A stretch of DNA of 63,172 bases, filler included. It is 5 parts of 5 records of this genome, joined end to end, with 100 filler letters (N's around TTAATTAATTAA, not from the genome) between each part and the next. Parts side by side here need not be neighbours in the genome. Positions count along the whole stretch, not along the records: positions 40,389 to 50,096 come from SRR31156797_23045; positions 50,197 to 56,954 come from SRR31156797_23115; positions 57,055 to 63,172 come from SRR31156797_23135; 2 more parts are not named here. The stretch is one strand, 5' to 3'. A program made the translations under genes and the position numbers. Shown here piece after piece: positions 48,922 to 58,137 of this stretch (the first letter of the stretch is position 1; each line of letters begins with the position of its first letter). The notes beneath the pieces are model-generated. The model saw only the letters and a program-made list of their open reading frames with translations. It was not told the origin of the DNA and did no database searches.

Positions 48922-50034
48922 TCACATTAAACGGATCGGCATCAACAAGAAAAGTATTTCTTCATCCTGAACTTGTTCTGTTGGAAAAAACAATCCGGCC
49001 ATTAAAGCGTTCTTTAAATGGATTTCTACTTTTTCACCATCTATGTGGCGGATCATTTCTCGTAAGTAGTCCGAATTGTAGCCTATAACAAACTCTTCGC
49101 CTGAATATTCCAGATTGATCTCTTCTTTTGCCGTGGATGCTGTTTCAATATCTTCAGCTTTGATCAGCGCTGAATTTTGTGAAAAGCCAAGAGATATCTG
49201 GCGTGTATTCTTGCTTGCAAAAATCCCAACACGCTTTACGACCGATAAAAGTTCATCTATGCCGACCAAAACCTTTTTATCATTCTCTGCGGGAATAACA
49301 CTTTCGTAGTCCGGGAAACGTTCTTCAATAATACGAGAATAGATGGTGGTATTTTTTAATTCCAACATTGCATGGTTGTGTCCAATGCGGAGAGTAACGA
49401 ACTCAACATCTTTTATACTGCTTACACATAAATTTAAAAATTTAGGCGGGACAATAATATCTTTAATATCTTCCGCACCTTCAAATTCTTTGAGTGTGTA
49501 TTTAACCAAGCGGTGGCCATCTGTAGATACAGCGCGTAATTCTTTTTCACTGAATTGGAAAAGAACACCGTTCAGCGCAACTTTCATTTCATCGCGACTT
49601 ACGGCAAAGCCTGTTTTTTCTACAATACGTTTAAACTTTTCGGCCTGCAGTGTAATTATTTTACTATCATCAACAACCGGTTCGGTTGGAAACTCCATGG
49701 CCGGATGCCCCATGATCTTATATTCTCCTCCAATATCTGTGGTAATAATAACTTGCTCGTCTTCGATATGGAAGTGAAGTGTTGTATTGGGAAGTTCGCC
49801 GGTGATCTCTTTAATGATCTTACTTGGAACCGCGATAGCTCCTTCCTCTTCCATTTGGATATCGCATGATGCTGTCATTGTAATTTCAAGATCAGTTGAG
49901 CGCATCTTTAATGTATTATCTTTTACTGTAAACAGAATGCAAGATAAGATCGGGAGAGTGGATCTAACCGGAGTTACATTTGATACCTTTTGTAAAACAT
50001 GGAAAAAGTTTTCTTTCGAAACTGTAAATTTCAT
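48922..50034 (-). CDS. dnaN: DNA polymerase III beta clamp
   Basis: TLPILS, STDLEI, LNGV, VSTDGHRL, FPDYESVIP, LLMPIRL. Confidence 0.96.
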   Translation of the reverse strand: MKFTVSKENFFHVLQKVSNVTPVRSTLPILSCILFTVKDNTLKMRSTDLEITMTASCDIQMEEEGAIAVPSKIIKEITGELPNTTLHFHIEDEQVIITTDIGGEYKIMGHPAMEFPTEPVVDDSKIITLQAEKFKRIVEKTGFAVSRDEMKVALNGVLFQFSEKELRAVSTDGHRLVKYTLKEFEGAEDIKDIIVPPKFLNLCVSSIKDVEFVTLRIGHNHAMLELKNTTIYSRIIEERFPDYESVIPAENDKKVLVGIDELLSVVKRVGIFASKNTRQISLGFSQNSALIKAEDIETASTAKEEINLEYSGEEFVIGYNSDYLREMIRHIDGEKVEIHLKNALMAGLFFPTEQVQDEEILFLLMPIRLM

Positions 50035-50096
50035 TTATCACCTCTGATCATTTAAAAATTAACGATAATTAATTTAATATCTTTTTCTTTAAAATA

Positions 50097-50196
50097 NNNN
50101 NNNNNNNNNNNNNNNNNNNNNNNNNNNNNNNNNNNNNNNNTTAATTAATTAANNNNNNNNNNNNNNNNNNNNNNNNNNNNNNNNNNNNNNNNNNNN
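50097..50196. other. Artificial contig linker
   Basis: 44 N + TTAATTAATTAA + 44 N. Confidence 0.98.
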
Positions 50197-50453
50197 TCAT
50201 GTTTTTCTGCCAACGTCGCGTCCACGGAGTTCCTCTTCCCCTCGACAGTGTCGTTGAGAAGGCGGATATAGCTCTCCGCATCCACCCGTTTCAGCATCAG
50301 CGCTGTGGTCAGATTGATAGACTTTCCGAAGGTTTCCCTCTTGTCCGGATCACCCATCTGGGGAAATCCGTTGGACTTGAAGACTTCTATGGTTTCAGGA
50401 TAGTCGCTCACGATCTTGAAAAGCGTATCCTGGGCATTGATATAGCTCATCAT
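50197..50453 (-). CDS. DUF1858-domain protein, N-terminal part (3' truncated)
   Basis: INAQDTLFKIVSDYPETIEVFKSNGF...INLTTALMLKRVD; ATGA overlap with the Rrf2 stop. Confidence 0.65.
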
Positions 50454-50881
50454 TGATTCTCCTCCGGGGACGCACTCCCCTTTTTGAACCTGTCCAGGCG
50501 GATGCCGGAAAAGGTATCGACGATCTCACGGCTCAGGGAGCACAGCCTGTTGCCGAACAGACAGCTGTCGAAGGCGCAGTCCTGATAGCCCATGGGGCAG
50601 CTGCTGCGGGAAACGGGGCCTTCCAGTACCTCATAGACCTCCAGAAAGCTGATCTCTCCGGGATCGCGGTTCAGAACGAAGCCGCCCCCCGGTCCCTTGC
50701 GGGACCGGATGATTCCCGCCCGGTTCAGGGCCTGAAAGACCTTGGCCAGATGAGCCTCCGAGGCCTTCAGGCGGCCCGCCGCCGTCTTTACATTGATCCT
50801 CTCGGGATCGGCTTCGGCAATCAGGGCCAGGCCGTGGAACCCCAGGGAAGCGGCTTCCGAAATATTGATTAGCTGACTCAT
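50450..50881 (-). CDS. Rrf2 family transcriptional regulator (three Cys, likely Fe-S)
   Basis: SEAHLAKVFQ.L..AGII.SRKGPGGGF.L, EVLEG, CPMGYQDCAFDSC; start moved to MSQLINISEA at 50881. Confidence 0.9.
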   Translation of the reverse strand: MSQLINISEAASLGFHGLALIAEADPERINVKTAAGRLKASEAHLAKVFQALNRAGIIRSRKGPGGGFVLNRDPGEISFLEVYEVLEGPVSRSSCPMGYQDCAFDSCLFGNRLCSLSREIVDTFSGIRLDRFKKGSASPEENQ

Positions 50882-50959
50882 CTTCTCCGATCTCTCCTCG
50901 TCACTCAAACGATCGATGGCCCTCATGCAATCGGGCCTCTCTCATATCGCCTTCTTAAT

Positions 50960-50979
50960 TTCGGAATTACAATACCTAA
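50960..50979. promoter_or_regulatory. Imperfect palindrome, candidate Rrf2 operator
   Basis: TTCGGAATT-AC-AATACCTAA overlapping a minus-strand TTGTTT-N17-TATTGT promoter-like spacing. Confidence 0.4.
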
Positions 50980-51080
50980 TTACCTTTTTAGAAACAAGCC
51001 GTGATCCAGGATTTTTATGAAGAAGGGAGGAGAAATGGTTTATAATGTAACCCATGTTACGGGAGAACCCGGGAGGCCTT

Positions 51081-52391
51081 ATGCTGGACCTGACAAGAAC
51101 CATGGAATCCGAATGCACGAAGAAAGAGGAGCTGCTGGAGCAGATCATCGACGGCTTTCTGTCGGACAGGGATCCACCCTTTCGCAGACGCATCCTAGAA
51201 GAGTGTCTGCGCAGAGAAAAGGAAGCCTCCACCATGGTCGGCTCAGGGATAGCCTTCCCTCATGCGGTGGTCAAAGAGCAGATCTCTCCCGGAGTTTTCT
51301 GCTGTCTGGCGAAGAGGGGAGTCCCCTGGAACAGCGGGGGAGACAAGGTCAATATCGTGATTCTTCTGATCTGTCATGAGGAGAGCCACCTCCCCACCCT
51401 GTCTGAGCTGGCCTCCATCCTTCAGATGCCGGGCGTTCCCGACAGGCTGATAAGCTGCGAGTCGGCCTCCGAGATGGGGGGTATCCTGCAGTCGGCGCAG
51501 CGACAGAAGGAGGAGCGCCGATCCCCGGAAAAGGAGTCGGTTACCCTGGAGCTTCTGGAGAATATCAACCGCCTGCACCGGGGATCTCCTGGCATGCGCA
51601 TCGTCCTCTTCTCCAACTCTCTGGAACAGATCACGAACCTGGCCGGACGACTGAGCTCGGAAGAGATCATCCTGATAAGCAGCAGGCCCCGCGTCCTGGA
51701 GCGAAAGGAGAAACTGAAGTCAAGGTTCCGGCAGATAATCGGGGTTCCCTCCATCAAGGACAGGAGCACCGTCCTGAAACAGTTGTGGACAGACAAGATC
51801 CTGAAAGAGGGGGATCTGGCACTCTCCCTCTGGGGATTTGAGTTCGACGACATGGCACACAGCATCAGCCTTTCCTCCGTCCCCCGGGATCTCTATGACG
51901 AGGCGCGCGTCCTGAACTACAACATCCCCCACGATGTGAATCTGGAGATCCTCAGCAGGGCCGTCTCCCTGGCGTCGGAGCTATCTCGGCAGGGACGGGA
52001 GGGGAAACCGGCGGGAACGATCTTCGTCGTGGGGGAGTACGGCAGCCTGAAAGACTACTGCCGTCAGCTGATCATCAATCCCTTCGGCGGACTGGAGGAT
52101 CACGAGAGGAGCATACTGGATCCCAGCCTCTCCGAGACCATCAAGGAGTTCTCCAAGATCGACGGCGCCTATATCGTCGACAACTCGGGAAAGGTCATAT
52201 CCGGGGGGACCTATCTCTCCATCCCCCCTCACCGGATGGATCTCGAACCGGGGTTGGGGGCCAGGCACGCCGCCGCCCTGGGGATAACCATGGTGGCCCC
52301 TGTAGCCTCTGTCGTGATCTCCGAGTCAACAGGGCATATAAGGGTGTTCTGGGACGGGGCGGAACAGGATGTATTCATCCCTTCCGAATAA
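51081..52391 (+). CDS. PTS EIIA domain fused to a DisA_N diadenylate cyclase (DacZ-like)
   Basis: EIIA: RREKEASTMVGSGIAFPHA, GVPWNS; DAC: GREGKPAGTIFVVG, NPF, KEFSKIDGAYIV, GLGARHAAALGIT, VISESTG; GGAGG RBS before the ATG at 51081. Confidence 0.88.
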   Translation: MLDLTRTMESECTKKEELLEQIIDGFLSDRDPPFRRRILEECLRREKEASTMVGSGIAFPHAVVKEQISPGVFCCLAKRGVPWNSGGDKVNIVILLICHEESHLPTLSELASILQMPGVPDRLISCESASEMGGILQSAQRQKEERRSPEKESVTLELLENINRLHRGSPGMRIVLFSNSLEQITNLAGRLSSEEIILISSRPRVLERKEKLKSRFRQIIGVPSIKDRSTVLKQLWTDKILKEGDLALSLWGFEFDDMAHSISLSSVPRDLYDEARVLNYNIPHDVNLEILSRAVSLASELSRQGREGKPAGTIFVVGEYGSLKDYCRQLIINPFGGLEDHERSILDPSLSETIKEFSKIDGAYIVDNSGKVISGGTYLSIPPHRMDLEPGLGARHAAALGITMVAPVASVVISESTGHIRVFWDGAEQDVFIPSE

Positions 52392-52469
52392 TGTATGATT
52401 TCGCGTCAGCCCTGTTTTCGCCAGGACTAAAGAATTTCTCTCTCTATCCTAGTTAATTCGCATAAACTA

Positions 52470-52498
52470 TTGACATTAGTCACAGCTATCTCTATATT
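52470..52498 (+). promoter_or_regulatory. Sigma70-type promoter for DUF2023-flavodoxin
   Basis: TTGACA (52470)-N17-TATATT (52493). Confidence 0.6.
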
Positions 52499-52526
52499 CA
52501 TATCAGCAGAATCCCCGGAGTCGTTG

Positions 52527-52871
52527 ATGAAAGTATTTGTCCATCATATTTACGAACTGAAGAAAGGCTTGCGCCGTCTTGTTCTTCATACCTTTCCCCT
52601 GGAACAGGAGGCTTACATCCGGAAACGTCTGGAAAAGGAAGGGATTCCCTATCTGATTCACCACGTGAACGAGAAGAAAGGCAATGTGTTTTTCGGATAT
52701 CAGGTTTGCGTTGATGTCCTCCGGCAGTTCGAAACCCTCAAACTCAATGAGATCAGCGATCAAGAGGATTTTATTCTGGGAATCCTTCTCGGCTACGACA
52801 CGAGACTGCAGTGCCTCCGCTATCTGGAGAGGATAGAAGAAAACAGTAATCAATATGCCCGTCGGGCATAA
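52527..52871 (+). CDS. DUF2023 family protein
   Basis: MKVFVHHIYELKKGLR.LVLHT, NVFFG, EDFILGILLGYD...QC.RY; start moved to the ATG at 52527. Confidence 0.8.
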   Translation: MKVFVHHIYELKKGLRRLVLHTFPLEQEAYIRKRLEKEGIPYLIHHVNEKKGNVFFGYQVCVDVLRQFETLKLNEISDQEDFILGILLGYDTRLQCLRYLERIEENSNQYARRA

Positions 52872-52899
52872 CAGGATATTTGACCTAAGGAGTTAAGGT

Positions 52900-53379
52900 A
52901 TGAAAGCAGTAGTATACGGATCAACCACAGGAAACACAGAAGCGGCGGCGGAGAAGATCGCGGCGGCTCTGGGAGGAGCAGATGTGCTCTCTGCTTCCGA
53001 CGCCGCATCGGCGGATCTCGGAAAGTACGAGGTTCTGGTTTTCGGAACCTCCACATGGGGTATCGGAGACCTGCAGGATGACTGGGAAGACAATATCGGA
53101 CTCCTGGACAATATTGACTACAGCGGAAAGACCGTCGGTATCTTCGGCCTGGGAGATCAAGAAGGTTATCCCGATTCCTTCGTGGACGGAATGGCCGCCC
53201 TCAAGAACCGCATCACAGCCGCCGGCGGAAAGGTGAGCGGAGAGTGGCCCGTAGACGGCTATGAGTTTGACAGCTCCGTCGCCGTCGACGGTAACAACTT
53301 CGTGGGCCTGGCGCTGGACGAAGACAACCAGTCGGACCAGACCGACGAAAGGATCAACAACTGGGTAAAATTGCTCTAA
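52900..53379 (+). CDS. fldA: Long-chain flavodoxin
   Basis: YGSTTGNTE, GTSTWGIGDLQDDW, FGLGDQEGY, FVGLALDEDNQ. Confidence 0.95.
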   Translation: MKAVVYGSTTGNTEAAAEKIAAALGGADVLSASDAASADLGKYEVLVFGTSTWGIGDLQDDWEDNIGLLDNIDYSGKTVGIFGLGDQEGYPDSFVDGMAALKNRITAAGGKVSGEWPVDGYEFDSSVAVDGNNFVGLALDEDNQSDQTDERINNWVKLL

Positions 53380-53453
53380 GCAGAGTATTAAAATTGTAAT
53401 CGCAGCTCATTTTTGTAGCTTGAAAATGCGGCATAAAATTGAAACGCGCACTT

Positions 53454-53489
53454 AGGCCGTCTTCGTGGGGGAGACGGCCTTCCCTTTTT
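53454..53489 (+). terminator. Intrinsic terminator between convergent fldA and sua5
   Basis: AGGCCGTCT-N9-AGACGGCCT followed by TCCCTTTTT. Confidence 0.6.
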
Positions 53490-53549
53490 ATAAGCTGCTG
53501 AAGAGCCTCTTTATCCCTGTGTGCGGAGAACTCTTTCCATTGTGGAAAC

Positions 53550-54506
53550 CTATTTCTCAGAGGCCTTGTAGATCCTGTCCATCACGGCGCGGCCCACACC
53601 CTCTTCGGGCACCTTTTCGGCATAGATACAGCATATGTCCTGCTGATCCAGGGTATGAAGGGCCGTAAACAGACGGGAAGCGGCCTCCAGGGGATTCCCG
53701 GCGGCTGAGAGGACCTCACTGCAGGCGAAGCCGTTCCCCCTCTCTTCGTCCCTGAAGATCAACGCGCCCGCCCCTTCCCTGCCGGGGACGGAGGAAAGGT
53801 CATCGACGATATGCAGGGGTTTGCGGGGAGAGTAGTGCATCTCCAGCTGTCCCGGAGCCGTGGGAGAGCTGGTGGTCCGGTTGAACACATCCACCGGCCC
53901 CAGCGCGCTCTCGATCTCTTCCCGGGTCAGCCCCCCGGGACGCAGGATTATGGGGGTTTCCCGGCTCAGATCCAGAACCGTGGATTCCACGCCCACGCGG
54001 CAGCTTCCTCCCTCCAGGATCATATCGATCCGGTCCCCCAGATCCTCCTCCACATGGTCGGCTCTCGTGGGACTCAGGTAGCCGAAGGAGTTGGCCGAGG
54101 GGGCCGCAACGGCGCCGCTGGACAGGCGGATCAGCTCCAGGGCGATGGGGTGATCGGGCATACGGACCGCCATGGTCTGCAAGCCCGAGGTCACCAGAGA
54201 GGGAATGATATCCCTTTTCGGAACGATCAGGGTCAGGGCTCCAGGCCAGAACCTCTCCGCCAGATCATAGATCCGTTTGTCACGGATATCCGCCACAGTC
54301 TCCAGCATCGCCAAATCGGCGATGTGGGTGATAAGGGGGTCGAAACTGGGACGTTTCTTGGCCTCGAATATCCGGGCCACCGCTTCAGAGTTCAGGGCAT
54401 TCCCCCCCAGCCCGTAAACGGTTTCCGTCGGAAAGGCGACCAGGCCGCCGTCTTTGATGACCTGAGCGGCCTTCTCTATATTCTTCTGATTGCTTTCAAA
54501 TATCAT
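53550..54506 (-). CDS. sua5: L-threonylcarbamoyladenylate synthase (Sua5-type)
   Basis: AFPTETVYGLG, AKKRPSFDPLI.H, FWPG.LT, AAPSAN, GVESTV, APGQLEMHYSP; start moved to MIFESNQK at 54506. Confidence 0.93.
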   Translation of the reverse strand: MIFESNQKNIEKAAQVIKDGGLVAFPTETVYGLGGNALNSEAVARIFEAKKRPSFDPLITHIADLAMLETVADIRDKRIYDLAERFWPGALTLIVPKRDIIPSLVTSGLQTMAVRMPDHPIALELIRLSSGAVAAPSANSFGYLSPTRADHVEEDLGDRIDMILEGGSCRVGVESTVLDLSRETPIILRPGGLTREEIESALGPVDVFNRTTSSPTAPGQLEMHYSPRKPLHIVDDLSSVPGREGAGALIFRDEERGNGFACSEVLSAAGNPLEAASRLFTALHTLDQQDICCIYAEKVPEEGVGRAVMDRIYKASEK

Positions 54507-54772
54507 AATAATCCTCACAGCGATCCGGGAACACCATATTACCACATAAGCAGAGAACTAAGGATGTATCATCCGATAGCTGCATTCCTCGGGCGATGTC
54601 CCCCCTCCAGGCGGGACACGGCTCCCATTTCATTCGCGAATCAAATTACTACAGATAAAGAACTTGTTCCAGTATCCTTCAGTGAATCCCAGGCAATTTC
54701 CACAGGACTTTCTCTCCCGGCGCCCTTATCAAAAAAAATTGCTGTGAGAGACTTCTAAATACAGCGGATCTC

Positions 54773-55693
54773 GTGTCATCATACAGGACAGGAGATCATA
54801 TTTTGAACATAGCTTATCCTGCGGTCCTTGCCGGTACCCTACTGGGCGGCTCATCAGGACTTTTCATCAAGGCCCTGCCCTACTCAAGCCCCGCCCTGTC
54901 GGCCTTCCGCATGGGCGTGCCCTTTCTCTTTTTTCTTCCCCTGATGATACGTCGGGGAATCGTTTTCGGTCCCCCCGCCTACAGGAAAAAACTCTGGACG
55001 GGCTCCCTTCTCAATGCCATGAGGATGGTCCTCTATATTCTGGCATTCAAGCTGACGACCCTGGCCAATGCGGTGGTCCTGCTCTACCTGTGGCCACTGT
55101 TCGCCCTGCTGATCGATACCGGGATTCGCAGGGAAAAGATCAAAGGTCGTGAGGCGGGATTGCTTCTCCTTGCCATCGCCGGAGTGATCATGATGAATCT
55201 CGGAAAGGGGTTTTCTTTCTCCATCAGCGATCTTGCGGGCAGTGTATGCATGATCCTTTCCGCATTGATGTTCTCCATCACCGCACTGATCTTCAAGGAA
55301 GCTCTGAAGGATCACAGCGAAGGAGAGGTTCTCTACTTTCAGAACGCCCTGGGAGGGATACTGAGCATCCCCTTCCTTCTGTTTGAGATGCCCGCCTACA
55401 GCGTTGGCGACTTCGGAATGGGCGTGGTCTACGGACTGGTGATCGGGGTTGTCGCTTTCGGCTGTTTCTTCGTCGCCATGAAGAGGCTGCCCATCTTTCA
55501 GTACGGAGCCCTGACCTATATAGAGGTGATCTTCGGAGTCAGCTTCGGAATCATCTTCCTGGGGGAACAGATGTCTCTCGTAAAGGCCGCGGGCATGGTT
55601 CTTATCCTGACGGCCAGCGTCCTTTCCAGGATCATCGATCAGAAAGGCTCGGCCACCGTTCAGGCCGAGCGGCCCGTTATGGAAGAGAACTGA
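54773..55693 (+). CDS. DMT/EamA family transporter
   Basis: About 10 TM segments, LANAVVLLYLWP, LTYIEVIFG..FLGE; exact start uncertain. Confidence 0.85.
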   Translation: MSSYRTGDHILNIAYPAVLAGTLLGGSSGLFIKALPYSSPALSAFRMGVPFLFFLPLMIRRGIVFGPPAYRKKLWTGSLLNAMRMVLYILAFKLTTLANAVVLLYLWPLFALLIDTGIRREKIKGREAGLLLLAIAGVIMMNLGKGFSFSISDLAGSVCMILSALMFSITALIFKEALKDHSEGEVLYFQNALGGILSIPFLLFEMPAYSVGDFGMGVVYGLVIGVVAFGCFFVAMKRLPIFQYGALTYIEVIFGVSFGIIFLGEQMSLVKAAGMVLILTASVLSRIIDQKGSATVQAERPVMEEN

Positions 55694-55747
55694 AACGGGG
55701 AGCGCTTCGCGCCTCAGCGTAGCAAGACCGGCACGGGCTGTGAAGAC

Positions 55748-56788
55748 TCAGAATGTCAGCCGGAAGCTGGTCCCCTGATGATTCCGCCAGACGATCCTGC
55801 CATTGAGCTGGGAGCTCAGGGTTTTCACAAGGCGCAGGCCCAGGCCGCTATGGCTATGATCCGGATCGAATCCGGGACCGTTATCCGCGATGCTGAGGCA
55901 GATCCGGTCGCTTCCCCCGTCTTCCAGGGCAAAGCGGAGCTTCAGATAGCCTCCCTCCGTAACGGCGTACTTCATGCTGTTCGTCATCACCTCATGGACG
56001 ATGAGCCCCAGATAAAGGGTTCTGTCCCTGTCCAGACAGAAACTGCCGGCGGTCCAGCGTTTGGTCAGGACTATATTGTGATCCCCCAGGGAGCTGAGGA
56101 TGTTATCCAGAAGAGAATCAAGATAGGAGGAGATGTCCTGATAAAGGGGCTGCCCTTCCAGGTAGAGCTGATCGTGGATCAGGGAGATGGAAAAGACCCG
56201 GTCCTGCAGCTTTGCGCACTCCTCCTTGAAGAGGGAATCGTCCGCCCGATTGGCGTGAAGCTGAATCAGGCTCTTGATGATATTCAGATTATTCTTAACG
56301 CGGTGATTCAGCTCCCGAAACAGCAGATCCTTCTCCTCCAAAGCCTCTCTCAGCCTCTGCTCCGTGGCCTTCCTGCTCTCGTTCTCCTCAATAAGGCGAT
56401 AAAAGAATTCACTGAGGTAGCCTGTGGATGATCCCACGACAATGCCGAAGGACTCTGCGATCACGAGACTGGCGGGACGGTACTCGGGATGCCCCATCAG
56501 ATGGAAGGAAAGCAGATTCAGCGGCAAGGCCAGAAGGCCTCCGATGAAACCTCCCCGGAACCCGAAAACAAAAGAGACCGCCAGCAAGGGAAACAGGACG
56601 AAATAGTTGCATGAGATTCTCAGGACATCGCCGAAGAAGACCATAACAATCGTATAGATGGCGAGGGAAAACGCAATCGCGGCGACTTTGTAGCGGCCGG
56701 AAAGGAGTCTGAGGAAAGAGCTGAGGCGCCGGTCCATCAGTTTTATGTCGAAAGGAGGCTTTAATATCATAGGGCTCTTTGTCCGCAA
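55748..56788 (-). CDS. Membrane sensor histidine kinase (HisKA_2 type)
   Basis: N-terminal TM segments; ELNHRVKNNL, HEVMTNSMKYA, DNGPG, GLGLRLV; start uncertain. Confidence 0.88.
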   Translation of the reverse strand: MRTKSPMILKPPFDIKLMDRRLSSFLRLLSGRYKVAAIAFSLAIYTIVMVFFGDVLRISCNYFVLFPLLAVSFVFGFRGGFIGGLLALPLNLLSFHLMGHPEYRPASLVIAESFGIVVGSSTGYLSEFFYRLIEENESRKATEQRLREALEEKDLLFRELNHRVKNNLNIIKSLIQLHANRADDSLFKEECAKLQDRVFSISLIHDQLYLEGQPLYQDISSYLDSLLDNILSSLGDHNIVLTKRWTAGSFCLDRDRTLYLGLIVHEVMTNSMKYAVTEGGYLKLRFALEDGGSDRICLSIADNGPGFDPDHSHSGLGLRLVKTLSSQLNGRIVWRNHQGTSFRLTF

Positions 56789-56924
56789 ATAATACTACAA
56801 AAAGAGTTTCCCGACTATACTCCCCTTTCGCCCCCCCTGCGAAAGCCTGTGAGGGAAAGGAAAAGGAGCTGCTCCGGAATCACGGAACAGCCCCGGGAAA
56901 CTTCAATTAAAAGCCGATAAGCAT

Positions 56925-56954
56925 TCAGTTCACCCTGTTGGTCACCTTGCCTGC
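56925..56954 (-). CDS. 3' end of an upstream gene (partial)
   Basis: AGKVTNRVN* at the contig edge, followed by a GC-rich hairpin; resembles ends of 2-hydroxyacid dehydrogenases but too short to call. Confidence 0.3.
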   Translation of the reverse strand, partial: AGKVTNRVN

Positions 56955-57054
56955 NNNNNNNNNNNNNNNNNNNNNNNNNNNNNNNNNNNNNNNNNNNNTT
57001 AATTAATTAANNNNNNNNNNNNNNNNNNNNNNNNNNNNNNNNNNNNNNNNNNNN
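56955..57054. other. Artificial contig linker
   Basis: 44 N + TTAATTAATTAA + 44 N. Confidence 0.98.
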
Positions 57055-57458
57055 ATGAGAGAAGCATGGTCATAAGGGCAAAGCTTGAACACGAACTGGC
57101 CCAGATGACCGAGGAAGAAGCGGCCGAGTTTCTGGCTGAATTTAATATAACTTCATCCGCCATGGACAGGGTGATCAATGAGTCATACAAACTATTGGGG
57201 CTTATTTCATTTTTTACCGTAGGAGAAGACGAGGTCCGGGCCTGGACTATCAAAGAGGAAACCCAGGCCCTGGATGCGGCTGAAGTAATCCATTCTGATA
57301 TTAAAAAAGGATTCATTCGGGCGGAAGTGGTGTCGTACGAGGATTTAATGGATGCCGGAAGCCACCAGGAAGCCAAGAAAAAAGGGACTGTCAGACTTGA
57401 GGGGAAGACCTATCCCGTTCAAGACGGAGATATAATCAATTTCCGTTTCAACGTATAA
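57055..57458 (+). CDS. ychF: YchF ATPase, C-terminal TGS part (5' truncated)
   Basis: LLGLISFFTVGEDEVRAWTI, IHSDIKKGFIRAEV, RLEGKTY.VQDGDIINFRFNV. Confidence 0.92.
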
Positions 57459-57607
57459 ATTAGAGCATATAGTACAGTGGCGCCAAGCTGCAAATAGTTG
57501 CTGGTCAAAGGCGTCACGGAATGATAACATTCTGAAAATACGACGATCTATTAATTGTCCACTTTTCTTGTCCACCTGTTATACTGGGCATTAGCTGGAA
57601 ACTTCAC

Positions 57608-58063
57608 ATGAAACGAATACTGACCGCCTGTTTTATAATTCTTCTGACGGCGTCAAATTATTCTTTTGCCGCGGATGGCAAGGACTTGGCCGCTATTTCC
57701 ACCAAGGCCGGAGAATTACGCCTGGTTAAACGGGAACAAAACCGCTATTTCATGTTGAATAAAGATGAAATATACAAGGGCACAGATTTTCTGGTTATAA
57801 AAAGATTTTTCAGACCAAGAAATTCTTACGACGGGCTATTAATAAAAGATTATGACGGCCCCATTGCCTGCCCGGTTCTGTTTCGTTTTATCACCATTAG
57901 AAAAGATAAATCCTGGTCCGTAACCAAACCTTTTGGACACTGCGCGGATAAACCGGGGCTATCGATGAAAGGCGACCTGATAACCATAAAGTTCAAAGCC
58001 TTCGGCAGCCGGCCCGCCGCAACCTGGACCTACAACGGCAAGGAACTTAAGCAAATCAAGTAG
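57608..58063 (+). CDS. Secreted hypothetical protein
   Basis: Signal peptide (SFAA), two Cys in the mature part (ACP, GHC) that could form a disulfide. Confidence 0.65.
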   Translation: MKRILTACFIILLTASNYSFAADGKDLAAISTKAGELRLVKREQNRYFMLNKDEIYKGTDFLVIKRFFRPRNSYDGLLIKDYDGPIACPVLFRFITIRKDKSWSVTKPFGHCADKPGLSMKGDLITIKFKAFGSRPAATWTYNGKELKQIK

Positions 58064-58137
58064 CTTTGCCGCCCCTTGAAACAACGGTCGGGTTAAGGAT
58101 CTTGGGAAGTTAAAAAACAGGAGCAAATACGGAAAAC

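Noticed and set aside
53811-54758. 315-aa plus-strand ORF
   Set aside because: Antisense shadow of sua5 in GC-rich DNA
55778-56431. 217-aa plus-strand ORF
   Set aside because: Antisense shadow of the histidine kinase
56999-57376. Track ORFs running through N gaps (also the X-containing tails at 15565, 40336 and 50145)
   Set aside because: Ends are set by the linker's artificial stops; the real genes are truncated at contig edges
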